DNA of 64,000 nt, taken from assembly GCA_002269645.1 (NCBI GenBank), contig NIVC01000304.1, positions 62,001 to 126,000 on the forward strand. Direction: 5' to 3'. The stretch is from Macrostomum lignano. Its lineage: Eukaryota. The position numbers and the translations under genes were made by a program. Each line of letters opens with the position of its first letter. Position 1 is the stretch's first letter. Below are positions 17,441 through 29,864 of the stretch, piece after piece. The notes beneath the pieces are model-generated. The model ran no database searches, had not been told where the DNA came from, and saw only the letters and a program-made list of their open reading frames with translations.

Positions 17441-18435
17441 AGACAACGAAGATTTAAAAAATTACTGAAGATAATTTTGACAAGTCCGAAAGACAAGTCC
17501 AAGTCCGACAAGTTCCGCAGCTTTAAACGTTTAGTCATGCCATCTAATCTAGGAATGTTCTGAGTCGGAGTTTCAGTTTAAAAGAATGCACCAACACTGT
17601 AGCTTTAGCCAGACTTCCTAATCTGGCTTTGCGTACACAAAGATCTGGCCCCATCATAAAACGGGCGGGCGGCATCAAAGGTAAATAATACTAGGAGGTA
17701 CAGAGGAGCAGAGTTAGACACTGGCGGGTTAATTTTCTTTGATCTAACGCCGACACAAACTATCGGGCTGAGTTGCACTCAGGGGGGGCGACTGAGCTCA
17801 CAAAACGAGATTGACCAGACTAGAAAGTTATACTCCCGGATCAAAGGAAAAACACTTTCTATTGCAGTTAAGCCGACAAGAATCAGAAAACCAGAAGGAA
17901 ATTTGATGTCATCAAAATGCTCAATCACATGTATCTAATAATGCCAGTTACAATAGCAATGCTTTTGAAGTAGAATTCAACTGCCATGTGTATTCAAACA
18001 CTAAACTAAGAACTAAGAGCTGAGTTAAGAAGGCATCCAGCTATAAAATGGATGCCAGAATTAGCTGGGATAATTGAGGGTGTATATAGCAACCCATAGT
18101 CCTAGTCAGCTGTAGATATATAGCTACACCTGAGCTGTTGGTTGCACATCTGGCCTAATTGGGGCCTAGTGGTTAAAAAACTGGCCCAATATTATAATAT
18201 ATCTGGCCCAATTGGATTGACCAGACTAGGCCAATCCCAATCAAAGGTAAGGTAAGGTCAATTTCAATTGGGGTAAATGTAATAAAAAAATCTACTTAAT
18301 AAATAGTAGCCTTATACTATTGCTACTTGTACATACATGCGCAACCCCCTGATTAACACTGGCCATGCAACTTACTTTTTGACCAAAAATGCGACTTACC
18401 TATGAAAGAAACCCTAAAGCAAAATCAACGCTTTT

Positions 18436-18501
18436 GGGTAAACGGCAGGAGTAACTATAACTGTCTTATGAGGGCTAAAAATGCATCGTCATCTAATTAG
18501 T
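18436..18501 (+). pseudogene. Diverged orphan fragment of 28S (LSU) rRNA
   Basis: GGGTAAACGGCAGGAGTAACTATAACTGTCTTATGAGGGCTAAAAATGCATCGTCATCTAATTAGT aligns by eye to the conserved 28S core GGGTAAACGGCGGGAGTAACTATGACTCTCTTAAGGTAGCCAAATGCCTCGTCATCTAATTAGT. The flanks are not rRNA. Confidence 0.8.
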
Positions 18502-19499
18502 ACTATGTCTATAACTCTATATTCTTTGGGGTGGGCATTCTTGCAACTTACCCCTGGTCCACCACAATTTACAGTGGCCAGATTGGCCAGGTTGTCTAGC
18601 AGTTGCGCATGTATGTACTTGTATCACCAACATACTTGTTCTATATACGAGTCATATTTACTTGTAGTCATATTTACACATTATCATTTGATAATACAAT
18701 TTAGTATCAACTAACCACTGTAATATAGCATGCAATAGAAATATTGTAAAAAAGAACTTTTTCAGCTCTAATAATATATTGAGCTTTGAGCTTTGAATCT
18801 TTGTGCACTAACCACCAAAGGCTAGGCATAAATGAAATATAGAAAGAGATGAATAATCACCTGATAGAATGAATAATCTGGTCATTTTTTTATATATTTT
18901 AGAATAGAGCAATGAGTGAAAGTGTGATTTTTTTATATATGCTTAAAAATTGACAAAATTAGGATTTAGTAGATTAGTATAATCTATTAGAAAACTAATG
19001 GGAATCATAAAAATATTGCATATGAGTATATATTACATGCACTTTACTAAGTAAAAGTGGCATATTTGGCTTTTTATGAAAATGAATATTAAAAGTTAAA
19101 ACAATTAGAAAACAGACAAACATCAGTTGTAGCATCTGAATAAAAAACTAATTACCTGGCTTCTATGCAGCCATGCCTAAACTAAGTTCTGTGTATCAAA
19201 TACAATATAGCAATGAAAGTTGCAAAAAATCATAGTGCATAAACCTAGCAGTTAGGGAATTTCTACTTTATTTTTTACAGTTTAGCACAGTAAAAAATGC
19301 TAGAAAGAACTGAAAATATTGGTCTGTCTTATTAGACACTTATGCCCAATTAAGTTAACAAAGGTCTAGGCTATAAAAGACAACGAAAATCTATAAGAAT
19401 ATAGAAATTATTATAGTATAAATAGAATTCCTCTTTTGGAGGAGAAAAGGGTTTAATAACTCTTATCACTAGAATTTAATTCCCTGAAATCCATTAGCT

Positions 19500-19980
19500 T
19501 AATCCTATGACCCAAATCCCATTATCTTAATCCTTTCCAAATCTATCAGAATCCTCCCCATGAAATAGGACTCTATTAATATCCTCTCCATAAAATAGAA
19601 CTCCATTGAAATCCTCCCCATGAAGCTAAAAACCATCAATATTCACCTCTGTGAAACTTCTCTATCAAAGTCCTTTTTGCAAAATAGAAATCCTCTCTGT
19701 GAAAGTGAAAACCATCAAAATCCTCTTTGTCAAATAGAAATCCATCAAAATTCTCTCTGTGAAATAGAACTCCATCAAAATCTTCTCTGCAAAATAGAAA
19801 TCCTTTCCATGAAAGTAAAAACCATTGAAATCCTCTCCATCAAAAAGAAATCTATCAAAATTCTTTCCATAAATAGAACTTTATCAAATTCTTTTCATGA
19901 AGCTAAATTCTATCAAAATCTTCTCCATTCAACAATAATCTATTTTTAATATCATCTCTATCAAGCAAGTTGCAATTCAC
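19500..19980. repeat. Degenerate ~30-nt tandem repeat (AATCCTCTCCATGAAATAGAACTCCATCAA-like)
   Basis: Recurring AATCCTC/AAATAGAA/CCATCAAAA motifs at ~30-nt spacing. Confidence 0.7.
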
Positions 19981-21779
19981 TAATTTAATCATAATACCCA
20001 ATATCTCCATGAAATTCTAGTCCATCAAGACTTAAATTGAGATTGAGATCCAAAAGATCTTTGATTTCCATACTTTTAATAATTCAAGTTAGAGGTATCA
20101 GTGGTTAGGGTTAGAGTTAACATCATTTCATTGTTCTTTCATTTCATTGTTATCCGTAGCCTCTTTACTGGGTATTCACCTGTACATTGAACCCTATTGC
20201 CGCCACCTCCAACATGGGGGTTTTAATTGAATTATATACAGAAGACATGTCAGAAATTAAAAGAATGTTTTATCTTGAATGCTGTGCCTTTTGTTTTTAT
20301 ATATAAAGCAAGAAACTGATATCCCTAAACTCAGTGTTATAAGATATTTCTAGCAATATAAGTCTTTCCTCTTAGAGTTTAAAAATCAAAGAACAATTAG
20401 CATTTGAAATTTACCAATTTCCTGACTGCTTGCCTAAGAGGCTCATAAGTTTGTTTATTGAATTTCACTGTGTAGCTAAAACACAGGGCCAATAATAAGA
20501 CTAATTGAATCTCAACATAGTCTTATCTATCTGTTTATACTGTACAACTACTATGTACACTCAGATTAAGCCCAATCTCCCCCTATTCCTAGGGAATCAT
20601 TAAGTTTAATTGCACCCCCAACATAGGGGGGAAAGTTATTTGCCTTATATGTAGAACATAGTATATGCACCTATCCCCTAAACCCAATATATATCTATTA
20701 TATTATTATTCATTATTATACACAGCTTTATTACATACCAAGCTAAAAAAGGCTAATGTTACCATAAAATTCTAGTTTGTAGAAGACTTTCTTAGTAAGT
20801 ATAGATAGGCCATTGATAATGATATAATCTAAGACAGTGTTTATCTATACAGTACATTCATAAGAATAATTTTTGTCTTATCTATATGTAGATCTTATCT
20901 TATCTACATGTTATAAAAATTATTTCTATCTTATCCATATAATATACTAGCAAGATAGTTGCTTATCTTCCTAAATATATTATATATAAAGAATACTTAA
21001 CTTTTTATCCACAAGGCACAATGACAAAATAGTCTGTCTTATCTTCTTCTAATAGATACTGTAAGAAAAAAATTAGTTTGTTACTTACAGTTTAATTATA
21101 ATATAACAATATAGTAGCTATCTTGTCAATGCCATATGGATAAGCAAAAAATTATTCTCATAAAATTAGTACTATAAGAATAGGACAGAAATGATTCTAA
21201 TAATATATGTATCATATTATGATATATCATATATTGTATCATATCAATTAATAAAGTTAATATATATATAATATGCAAACAAACTTTACAGAAAACATGA
21301 CAGTATAAGTTTAATTTGTTTATTTAAAAGTGTTTTAACTGGTCTATTATACTTTTTGTATAAGTCAGATGTATGTATCAATATTGAGATATCCTATAAT
21401 TGACCAAATATTATATACATTAGAATCTCTGAGTCAGCAACAACTTAAAATTATAGAATCTATTTTTTGCTTCATTAATTAATTTAAACAAGCTGTTGAA
21501 ACCCGCGGATTTTGAACCCGGGGAATTCCAATACCCGGAACTACTTTTGCATGTATTCTGAAATCTAAGGCCATACACAAACAAAAACTTGTTAATAGTT
21601 AGTAGGATAGAGGTAGACATAAAATGGAGCACATTCGTGTAAAATTAGGGTTTGAGACATTGTTGGCTGGGGTACTGCGCAGAATGTCAGGCAATGTCTG
21701 TCTGACTCTAAAACATATATTGCTAAACTCTGGTCTCTCCCTGACTCTCCCTACGTCCCTTGGATCCTTTAAAATTTCT

Positions 21780-22187
21780 ATCGTCTCTTTGTTTCCTCTC
21801 ATCTCTCTCGTCCCTCGTCTCTCCTCTCTCCTCTCTCCCCTCTTCTCTCGTATCTTCCCTCATCTCTCTTCTCTTTCATCTCTCTTATCTCATCTCTTGT
21901 CTCTTCTTTTCTCTCTCCTCTCCTCTCTCCTCTCTACTTTTTCGTTTTCTCTCTCCTCTCCTCTCTCCTCTCTCTCCCTCTCCTCTCTCCTCTCACCCCC
22001 TCTTCTTTCTTATCTTCCTTCTCCTTTCTATTCTTTTCTCTCTTCTCTTAACTCTCTCCTCTACTCTCTCATCTCTCCCCTCTTCTCTTGTCTCTTCCCT
22101 CACCTCTTTTCTCTCTCGTCTTTGCTCTCTCATCTTTCCTTTCTCTTCTTTTATCTTTTCTCTCTTATCTCTTCTCATTTCTCTCTG

Positions 22188-22275
<88 letters not shown>

Positions 22276-22895
22276 GTCTTTCTCTCTTATCTCTTCTCCT
22301 CTCTCTACTCTCTCCCCTCTCCATTCTCCCCTTTCCTCTCCCCTCTCCTCACTCACTTCTCTACCTTTGTCTCTCCTCTCTCCTCTCGTCTCTGTAACCT
22401 CTCCTCTGTTCTCTCTACTTTCCCATCTTTTATCTGTTCACTCTTGTCTCTGCTCTCTCATCCCCCTCTTTAATCTGGCATCTCTGTCTTATATGTTCTC
22501 TCACCTCTCTCCTCTGTACTCTTTTCTTTCCCCTCTTTTGACTCCTCACTTTCCTTTCTCCTTTCTTCTTTTCTCTTCTCTTCCCTTTTCTATACTCTGT
22601 CTCCCTCTCTTCTCTCACTCCACTCTCCTCTATCCGTTATCTCTCATCTCTCATTCCACCTCTCATCTCTACAACCTTAGAGATGTAGAGATGTATCTTT
22701 ATCTCTTCTCTCTTCCCTGTACTCTCTCATCTCTTCTTTCACCTGTTTCCTCTCTGCTCTCCTCTCTGCTGTCTCCTCTCTCCTCTCATCTGCAGCTCTC
22801 TGCTCTCTCATCTCTACTCTCTACTCTCGCTTTTCCTCTCTCCCCTCTTCTCTCCCTCTCTCTCATCGTCATCACCCCCTCATCTCTCCTATTAT
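21780..22895. repeat. CT-rich low-complexity tract including a (CT)n microsatellite
   Basis: About 1.1 kb that is almost entirely pyrimidine, with pure (CT)n around 22190-22270. Confidence 0.95.
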
Positions 22896-22901
22896 CTTTT
22901 A

Positions 22902-23685
22902 GGCTCATTCCATATAAGATGGACATATTTGGAAAATAGAAAAAAGTCAATATTTTTGCTTGCCATTGCCTAATTAGCCTATTTTTTTACCAAATGTTTA
23001 TATTGTGCAATATATAACCTAAGAATAAAGGAATGGTAAAATGTTGGATTAGTATGTTATCAATTGGCAAAAAGTCATTTTTGTAAAAATTTGGACATTT
23101 TTTGAAGCAAAAGACATCATTAAGATTTTGTACCTTTTAAAAACAAATAGAAAGCTTTTGAAGGTTGAAACAAACTATAGATAAAAGTATAGCACTTGCA
23201 TCATCAGATAAAAGCATTGGTGACCAAATAATCTATTATATTTTTAATGTATTAGTACCTCAAAGTTACTGAATTGACAGAAAAAAATATGTTACGACCA
23301 TAATGTTACGACCATAAGGCTGCCTTTTCTTTTGTATCTTTGTTGCCTTTTGAGTTTATATATTCTAATAAAAGAGTATGATTTCTAAAGATGTTCTTAG
23401 TCAAATTTTAAAAATGTATTGCAAAATATTAAAAATGAAAAATGTTATAAGACTTTTACCTTTTAGTTTCTATATGTCAAAAATCCTGTCGTTACGACCA
23501 TAAGTGTCATTTAAGGTTTAATAGCATCTATACTAATGATGATATCTATACGAAACTCTATAAATATATTCTAGACAAAATAATCTTTCATTTAAAATAT
23601 TGGTTTAGTATATTCTATTATTAGATTTCATTTTACAAGTAAAAATAACCTGTCATGTTACGACCATGCTTATATGGAATGAGCC
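22902..23685. mobile_element. Non-autonomous DNA transposon (MITE) copy 1, 784 bp
   Basis: 17-bp TIR GGCTCATTCCATATAAG / CTTATATGGAATGAGCC, 4-bp TSD TTTA, internal GTTACGACCAT repeats. A near-identical copy lies at 49565-50350. Confidence 0.92.
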
Positions 23686-24399
23686 TTTATCTTTTCTTTT
23701 ATCCCCTCTTTCGCTTCTCTTCTCTTTGAATTGTCTATTCCTTCTTCTTTCCACTCTCATCTGCCCCTCAGCCATGAGCTGGATTCTTTATCTGGCCTTT
23801 GAGGTAAAAGTCTGCCCATCCCTGCTTGGAAAGCCAGTTTGTGAGATGTAGTACTCTCATGGTTGTTATCATGCTTTGATCACGTCATTTTTCTTGCAAA
23901 TTTGCAGCCCTGAAAGGAATTTGGGTATCTTCAGCTCCACTGCAGTCTGCATCAGTCTAACAACCAAGGAAATACACATTTCTTAGAAGGCCATTTAAAA
24001 TTTACACGGTACCTTTAAACGAAACCTAAAATTTCCATGGTGTGCCTAATTTAGTAGGGTTGTATGTATTTCATTGCATCGCATCGCCTTTTCATAAATC
24101 TTTCGCTTTTACAAACCATGCTGGTTAGTGGATTCCCTCGATTTGCCAATTGCCAATTGCCATCCACTGTTAAACTGCTGCAGAGTTTGCCAATACAGAG
24201 GGGAGGGCAGTGGTTAGAATTTCTCACTAAACTGTCATGGCTAAACGTAGCCTCTCCACTCTGGGGGTGCAGAGAAGGCTATTAAAAAGTTATTCCAAAA
24301 CACTGTACATTTGCTATGTACATTCAGTCCTATTGCCTGACCCTTCGTCTGGCTCTGGGGGAATGAGTGAGTGAGTGGCACAAACAACAGAAAAAGCAG

Positions 24400-25015
24400 A
24401 CAAACTTCACATGCTTACAGTTTCTTTTTCTGTTGAGTTACAGAGTTGAAACTTTACATTTAGATAGAGAATGAGTCAATGAAGAATTGTGTCAAGTTTG
24501 AAGTCAATCGCTTTATTTGGAGCAAACTTATGGCAGCTGAAATTTAGTCAATTTTGAAACCCTTTTACACATCTGGGCCCAGATCGGGATCGAGAAAGAG
24601 AGGCAGGCGGGCGGAGGTTGGGGTGGTTGCTACGCTGAAAAAAGCAGCCTAACTTTAAAAGTGCACAGCACCGTTCAGGATTAACTTTGAAACTCGAAAT
24701 TTTACATGATTGTTCCAAAATAGTTGAAGATTATCTGTGTCAAATTTGAAGAGAATTAGTAAAAGTGGAGCGGCGCTATGGAGGATTTAGTGAAAAAAAT
24801 CGCGCATTTTGAGCAGTTTTTTGTACTTTTAGGTAGGAAGACTTGAGTCTAGGAAATTAAAAGGTAGCCTAAGACATTCTCCGTAGTTAGTTTAGGGTGG
24901 GTGTAAAGTTTGGTGTAATTTGGTTGAGTGGTTTGGGAGTCCATAGCAATCAAAATTGTCCACACATAGACACACACACACAGACACACAGAGTTTTGAT
25001 TTTTATAGTTAGAGA
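24400..25015 (-). mobile_element. Probable Helitron-like non-autonomous element (5' part)
   Basis: Minus strand starts A|TCTCTAACTATAAAAATC followed by a (GT/GTCT) microsatellite, a layout typical of non-autonomous Helitrons. A 3' CTRR end was not located and the left boundary is approximate. Confidence 0.4.
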
Positions 25016-25407
25016 TATCCCATTTCAATAAATTATATGCTTTGCTTAATTTTCTTTGCCTTCAAATTTATTACAAAATTAATGTGCAAGTTTAAACAAA
25101 TTGTAATATAGTTTAACTAGAAAATTTTAACTATATGTGGAAATACAAATAAATACAATATTTGAGATGTTAATTATTAAATTAATTGTTAGGCCCTACT
25201 AAATTTAATTACCATAGAAATATAGTGTTGATAGTCATAAATCTGCTTTGTTACCAAAATGGCTATTATCAATCAAAGTAGGCCTAGTCATTTTTGTTAC
25301 TAAAATGGCAGTTACCAAAATGGCTATTACTAAAGTGGATTGCATTCTTTATGATTAGGCCCTATGATACAAGTTTTACTATTTTACAAGGATAAGCCAA
25401 TAATATT

Positions 25408-28182
25408 GGGTGCTGACCATTTTGGTGATAGACCACTTCGGCGAAGGCCACTTGGGCAAAAGACCATTTTGGAGAATCAACTTTGGCAAATGAAATGACC
25501 ATTTTGGCAAAGCCTGTGAAACATAACAAAACATTTGTTTAACGAAACAAGATAACAGTATGCTAGTACATACAAGTTTATCTCCTGCAAAGAAATTAAT
25601 ATCTGCTTTCTGTAATACGAGCGTATTGAGTTCATTGATCTACTTAGCTATAATAATCTTAATAAAACCAATGTGCCAAAACGCCTTAACTATTGCGAAG
25701 AGATTTTGTGTGACGTAATTGCCACATTTTGGGGACACTCGAGCTCAACAAGGCCAGCTGCCCTTTTACCTTCTGATCCGGTTGCTTCATGAAGAGGTCC
25801 ATCTGGTCTTTGTGGAGAGCTGACTATTAGAACAAGGCACTGCTTGACAAGTTGACCGAGCAGCTTTTCTCAAGCGCCAGATGAAGTTTGCTTCACTTTG
25901 GGCAAAGTATGAAACTGGTCTGTATATTGCTATGCAGCTACTGCACGCCTGTAGCAAACTGAATGTGCCGTGATCATTTCAATAATAATGAATATGTGCG
26001 ATACCCAGCAATTGACAATTCATGCTATTCATTCATGCTATACGAGCTCATATCCTATATACTAAAAATGAGTTGTCTGTATGTGGGTAGGTATGCGATA
26101 GATTTCAGAAAAAATGGCTCAACCGATTTTCTTCAAACTTGCACCATTTGATCAGAAATTTTCCTGGGACGGTATATGCATCTTGGCTAAAAAATTGCTC
26201 AATTTTAAAGGGATTAAATATTCGAAAAACCTGCTTTTTTGCAAAGGTCAAGCAGCTCTTTCGACCTAAAATTCATTGTAAGAATGCTAGAGAAAAAACT
26301 GACTGGCTGAATTCCGATTGTGATAAAGATTGCATCACAACAAGTTGAAAACAGTGCCGAAGAAATGCACACACGACTTGATTTAAATTGCGTAACCAAT
26401 ATTGCTAACTTAAATTGAGACTGATACTGGCTGACTGAGAAATTGATTATGTCATTACTTTTTACTTCAATTGACTTGCTGTAAGAATTGAATTATAAGG
26501 GCCACAATTCACGTTCTCCAATTGAAAAGAGATAGCCAAGATGCGAACAGACTGGAATGCTAATGTAGCGACCTGGGTTCGAATCTTAGTAGTGCAAAAA
26601 GATTTTTTTATCAAAACACCTTAAAAACACAACAAAACTGCTAAACATAATAGAAGCGCAATGTCAAACATAGAAGAGCCACCATGTCGAACATTAAAAA
26701 GCCAACATTTCGAATATAAAAGAGTTACCATGTCAAACATAAAATAAGCACTATGTCAAACATATATGTGACTCCATGTCAACGATTAAAAAGCCACCAT
26801 TTCAAACATAGAAGAGCCACTATGTCAAACCTAAACAAGCCACCACGTCTAACATTTAAGAGCCACCATGTCAAACATTTAAGAGCCATTATGTCAAACA
26901 TTAAAGAGCCACCTTTTTAAACAAAAAGGGACCCTATTTTAAACATAAAAGAAGTGTCATGCCAAACAAAATGGAACCATTATAAAGCTAAGGAAATTGT
27001 TGCACTAGCTACTTGTTCTCTGGTGGATGCTTGCTTTTTAAGGATGGATACTTGCTTACAGGGGGATGCTTGCTCTTGTGGGTGGAGGGTACTTGCTATC
27101 TGAGAGGGGGTTGCTAGATATCTATAAGGTATCTTTATATCCAGGTTATGCTTGCTATCAGGGGTTGCTTGCTGTCTGGGGGATGCTTGCAATCTGGGGG
27201 ATGCTTGCTATCTGGGGATGCTTGCTATCTGGGGTTGCTTGCTATCGGGGGGATGCTTGCTACCTGGGGGATGCTTGCAGTCTGGGGGATGCTTGCTATT
27301 TGGGGATCGATGCTTGAATGCTGTCTGAGGATGCTTGCTGTCTTGGGATGTTTTGTTTTTAGAGGGAATGTCTGTTGTTGTTTTTTGAAGGTTTTATTTT
27401 GCTGTCTATTTGTTATTTGTAAAGAACAAGGATTCTATCCAGATGTCCCCCATCGGGGGGCGAAGATTGCTAGTATATATATATACATGAAAGCTAAAAA
27501 ATTGTATATACTGTATACCTGCTGCTCTATATGTATATATACATGTAATTTTGAAACCAATAAAGTGCATAATGTACTAAAAGTATTATTGTTTTCCTGA
27601 TTTGAATTCAACTTTGACTTTGTTTGTAAAGCAAAATTACATGTAACTGACCATTTAGCTAGGTTTTCAATTAGAAAATAGACATTTTAAGAACATATAG
27701 CTATGTACATTTAATTTGTGCTACATGTATTTTTAAGAATATTCTTAAAACTACTCCTGTTTAAACTGAAGAAATACAGTAAAAAATCTATATCTAAAGT
27801 ACTCGGGTAAAAAAACATGCTAAACTTCCCAAGTCAACCATGTACTTGGATGACATTGTTGACTTACCAAGTTTTTAGCAATGGTTTGGTTTTTCTTAGG
27901 CTTTTCTTTTACTTAGAACAAAATTTTAAACATAAGAGTGAACTGACTATTTTGTGTTAAGAAAGTACAACAAAAGGTGATAGAAAAATTTACAATTTTA
28001 GTACTAAATTTTTAGTTGTAGTAATTAAATACTATTATAATTCAAATATGTAAAATAAAATAAATTATATTATATTGTTCACCAAAGTGGTCAATTGCAT
28101 TCGCCAAAGTGGATTCTCTGAAATGGTCTTTTGCCAAAGTGGCCTTTGCCGAAGTGGGCTTTTGCCGAAATGGACTAAAACC
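25408..28182 (+). mobile_element. Decayed Mutator-like (MULE) element
   Basis: ~110-bp imperfect TIRs built of CCACTT(C/T)GGC(A/G)AA repeats with GG...CC termini and a perfect 8-bp TSD ATAATATT (25400-25407, 28183-28190). Internal 25740-25972 reads QLPFYLLIRLLHEEVHLV..*..*..RQMKFASLWAKYETG...QLLHACSKLNVP, resembling a MULE transposase C-terminus with stops. Confidence 0.75.
26053..27473 (+). mobile_element. Non-autonomous Helitron nested in the MULE
   Basis: 5' A|TCCTATATACTAAAAATG...AACCGATTTTCTTCAAACTTG. 3' hairpin CCCCC-ATC-GGGGG then CTAG|T. Inserted between A and T with no TSD. It carries two internal minisatellites (~26660-26960, ~27040-27345). Confidence 0.75.
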
Positions 28183-29159
28183 ATAATATTTAATATAAAA
28201 ATAGGCCCTACCCTATGTCAAAAAACATATTTATCATGTTAGATTGTTAGGCCTAGTTTATAACAACAATGCTAATGCCAATGGCAATGCAACCTAGGCT
28301 CCCTATTATTAAATTAAATAGATTTTTGAAGCAATAAGACATCATGGCAAACAATAATATAAAAATTAAAAAAGACCTAGCTTTGTAACCATATTATTTT
28401 TTTAATTAAATTAGTTTGAAACTTTTATTTGGCCTTTCATTTTCAACAAGACTTGCTGATTTTGAGAATTTAATTGGTTGCGAAATATAATTTTAGTTTT
28501 TAGAAGATAACAGCTGTATTATACAGGCTCAGCCTGTATAGGCCCCTAATTCCAGACCAAAAGTATGGCCCAAGTTTTTTGGACACGGCTGAGGGGCGGG
28601 GCCAATGCCACCCAATTGGGTCCGCACTGTCATATACTATAGTCTATAGAGTGTAGTCAGCAGCGACAGTGTACATATTTAGTCCAGACATAAAGGTGAA
28701 TGATGATATGGGGTTATAAATTAATTAGAACATCCCGCAAATCTTTTCCGAGAAACATTGTTACTTTTAACATTTATATTAACAAACAAGTCAAAGTTTT
28801 TTTCGCATTTAGAGAGTAAATGATATAAAACTTTAAATAAATCCTCAGAGTATGCAATATCCAGTGTCTTCAGTGTCATTCTACATTGGCGAAGTCAGGT
28901 ACTGCTTGACCACTGCCTCCAAACCAAAGCTATTGGATGCTGCAATCCAACTCCCCTTGGTGCTCATGATTATGTAATTGAGTGGTTAAATTGAAGGGGA
29001 AAAGATCTCACTCTCATTATAGTGTAGTGTAGTCTCTTGGTTGGTCTTAGACTTTTTAGCATTGACATGTACATGTACGCATAACTGCAAACAGTTGGTT
29101 GTAAAAAATATAGTGTCTTTAATTAGAGCTACAAGGAACTGATACGTACATACACGAAC

Positions 29160-29864
29160 CAAGGACGACTTAAGTTATAGAAGGACGGGAAACCTCGTTT
29201 CTTAGAAAATTTGACGAGTAGAAGGCAGGTTTTCCCGAAAAAAATACGCCATGGAGATAGGAAGTTTTCATTTTTTCAGCACAAAAATTGCTATTGATTT
29301 TGATAGGAGGCAGATCCAGTGTTCATCTTTTGATATGTTGTGCCTTTTTTATTGCTCTATCGATATTCATAAAGCTTTTCCTTCAAAAAATTTGGATTCT
29401 ATGTAATTTTTTTTTCTACGTACATTTTCACGTGTCTTGTGCCTGAAATACATTAAAATGCCACGGCTTGGCTCTTTGGTGAGTCTATTTTATCATTCTT
29501 ACCTGACTGTGTAACAAATATTTGTAACAGAGATGATAAAATAGATTCATAAAACCAAATATTGGAGCTGTGTCATGCATTTTTGTGATTTTTAGATACA
29601 GAAAATGTATGTTAAAAAAAATTAACATAGAAATCTATTTTTCTGAACGAAAAGCTTTTCGAATATCGATAGAGCAATAAGAAAGGCACAACATATCAAA
29701 AGATGAACACTGGATCTGCCTCCTATTAAAAGCAATAGCAATTTTTGTGCTAAAAAATGAAAACTTCTTATCTCCATAGCGTATTTTTTCGGGAAAACCT
29801 GCCTTCTACTCGTCAAATTTTCTAAGAAACGAGGTTTCCCGTCCTTCTACTTAAGTCGTCCTTG
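29160..29864. mobile_element. Fold-back / long-TIR MITE, ~705 bp
   Basis: ~250-bp inverted repeats (29160-29410 vs 29615-29864) starting CAAGGACGACTTAAG. No ORF. Only a 2-bp AC flanking match. Confidence 0.85.

Larger units (their letters stand above)
21714..23824 (-). mobile_element. Old hAT-like MITE with an expanded CT/GA-rich interior, interrupted by a younger MITE
   Basis: Minus end CAGGGATGGGCAGACTTTTACCTCAAAGGCCAGATA is hAT-like. CCCTTGGATCCTTTAAAATTTC at ~21757 matches the reverse complement of the 56056-56331 element (CCCTCGGATCCTTTGAAACTTC). The TSD is weak (CTCTAAAA / CTTGGAAA). Confidence 0.45.

Noticed and set aside
16453-17446. 325-328 aa ORFs with 10-aa repeats; regular array superficially CRISPR-like
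   Set aside because: A pure 30-nt tandem repeat with no unique spacers and no cas genes, in a eukaryotic context.
21624-22939. Leu/Ser-rich and Glu/Arg-rich ORFs
   Set aside because: Products of CT low-complexity sequence.
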